32,696 bases of DNA from Octopus bimaculoides (taxonomy: Eukaryota), in the NCBI RefSeq assembly GCF_001194135.2, contig NC_068986.1, forward strand, positions 83,637,443 through 83,670,138, written 5' to 3'. The notes under the pieces were generated by a model that saw only the letters and a program-made list of their open reading frames with translations, ran no database searches and was not told where the DNA came from. The translations under genes and the position numbers were made by a program. Positions 32,361 through 32,696 of this stretch are shown here, piece by piece. Positions within the stretch are counted from its first letter, which is position 1; every line of letters starts with the position of its first letter.

Positions 32361-32696
32361 TTTGCGCACCTCATCCTGTTGGGATCACCATGAATTATCC
32401 CTCCTTCATTCAACCTCTCTCTATTATTATCTCTCTTTCATTCAACGTCTTTTCTTCCAATCATTCACCATGTTGGGCCATTGAACTCAACACGTTTTTT
32501 TTCATTTTCTTTCTATTTATATCCTCTTATTCCTTTCTGTCGAATAACGTAGACTCGAAACGTAAAAAATTTTTCCATTTTTCCCGAGCGTCAAACTAAT
32601 ACACTTGTTCCTATATCTCTCTTCGTCTTTGTTTTTCTATAAATCTGAACTATATATAAATATACATGTGTGTATATGAATATATATATGTGTGTA

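Overview
AT-rich, repeat-dense animal genomic DNA with nine N-gaps, most flanked by microsatellites. The repeat content resembles an octopus/cephalopod draft assembly; this is an inference and is not proven here. No intact, confidently identifiable host gene was found. The window is a patchwork of decayed transposable elements: a Helitron Rep/Hel fragment (~2.46-3.65 kb), a Gypsy pol plus 3' LTR (9.3-11.5 kb, minus) with a related solo LTR (4.95-5.21 kb), an L1/Tx1-like ORF1 5' end (21.7-22.6 kb, minus), two Neptune-type Penelope-like (GIY-YIG) fragments (25.0 kb, 30.7-31.6 kb), a Dong/R4-like LINE 3' end inside a (TAA)n tract (14.7-14.9 kb), at least nine copies of one tRNA-derived SINE with three different 3' tails, two further interspersed repeat families, two copies of a long-TIR MITE carrying TAACCC repeats, tandem Helitron-like non-autonomous elements and a ~280-bp foldback. 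The most interesting observations are a SINE head joined directly to the Tx1-like LINE 5' end, independent tandem amplification of the SINE A-box segment in two copies, modular SINE tails sharing CCTTGTG, a TAA microsatellite holding four retroposon insertions, and MITEs with shared TIRs but different cargo. Weak, phase-compatible + strand exon candidates occur at 0-1.5 kb and ~20.9 kb. Element boundaries were read by eye and are approximate unless a TSD is quoted.
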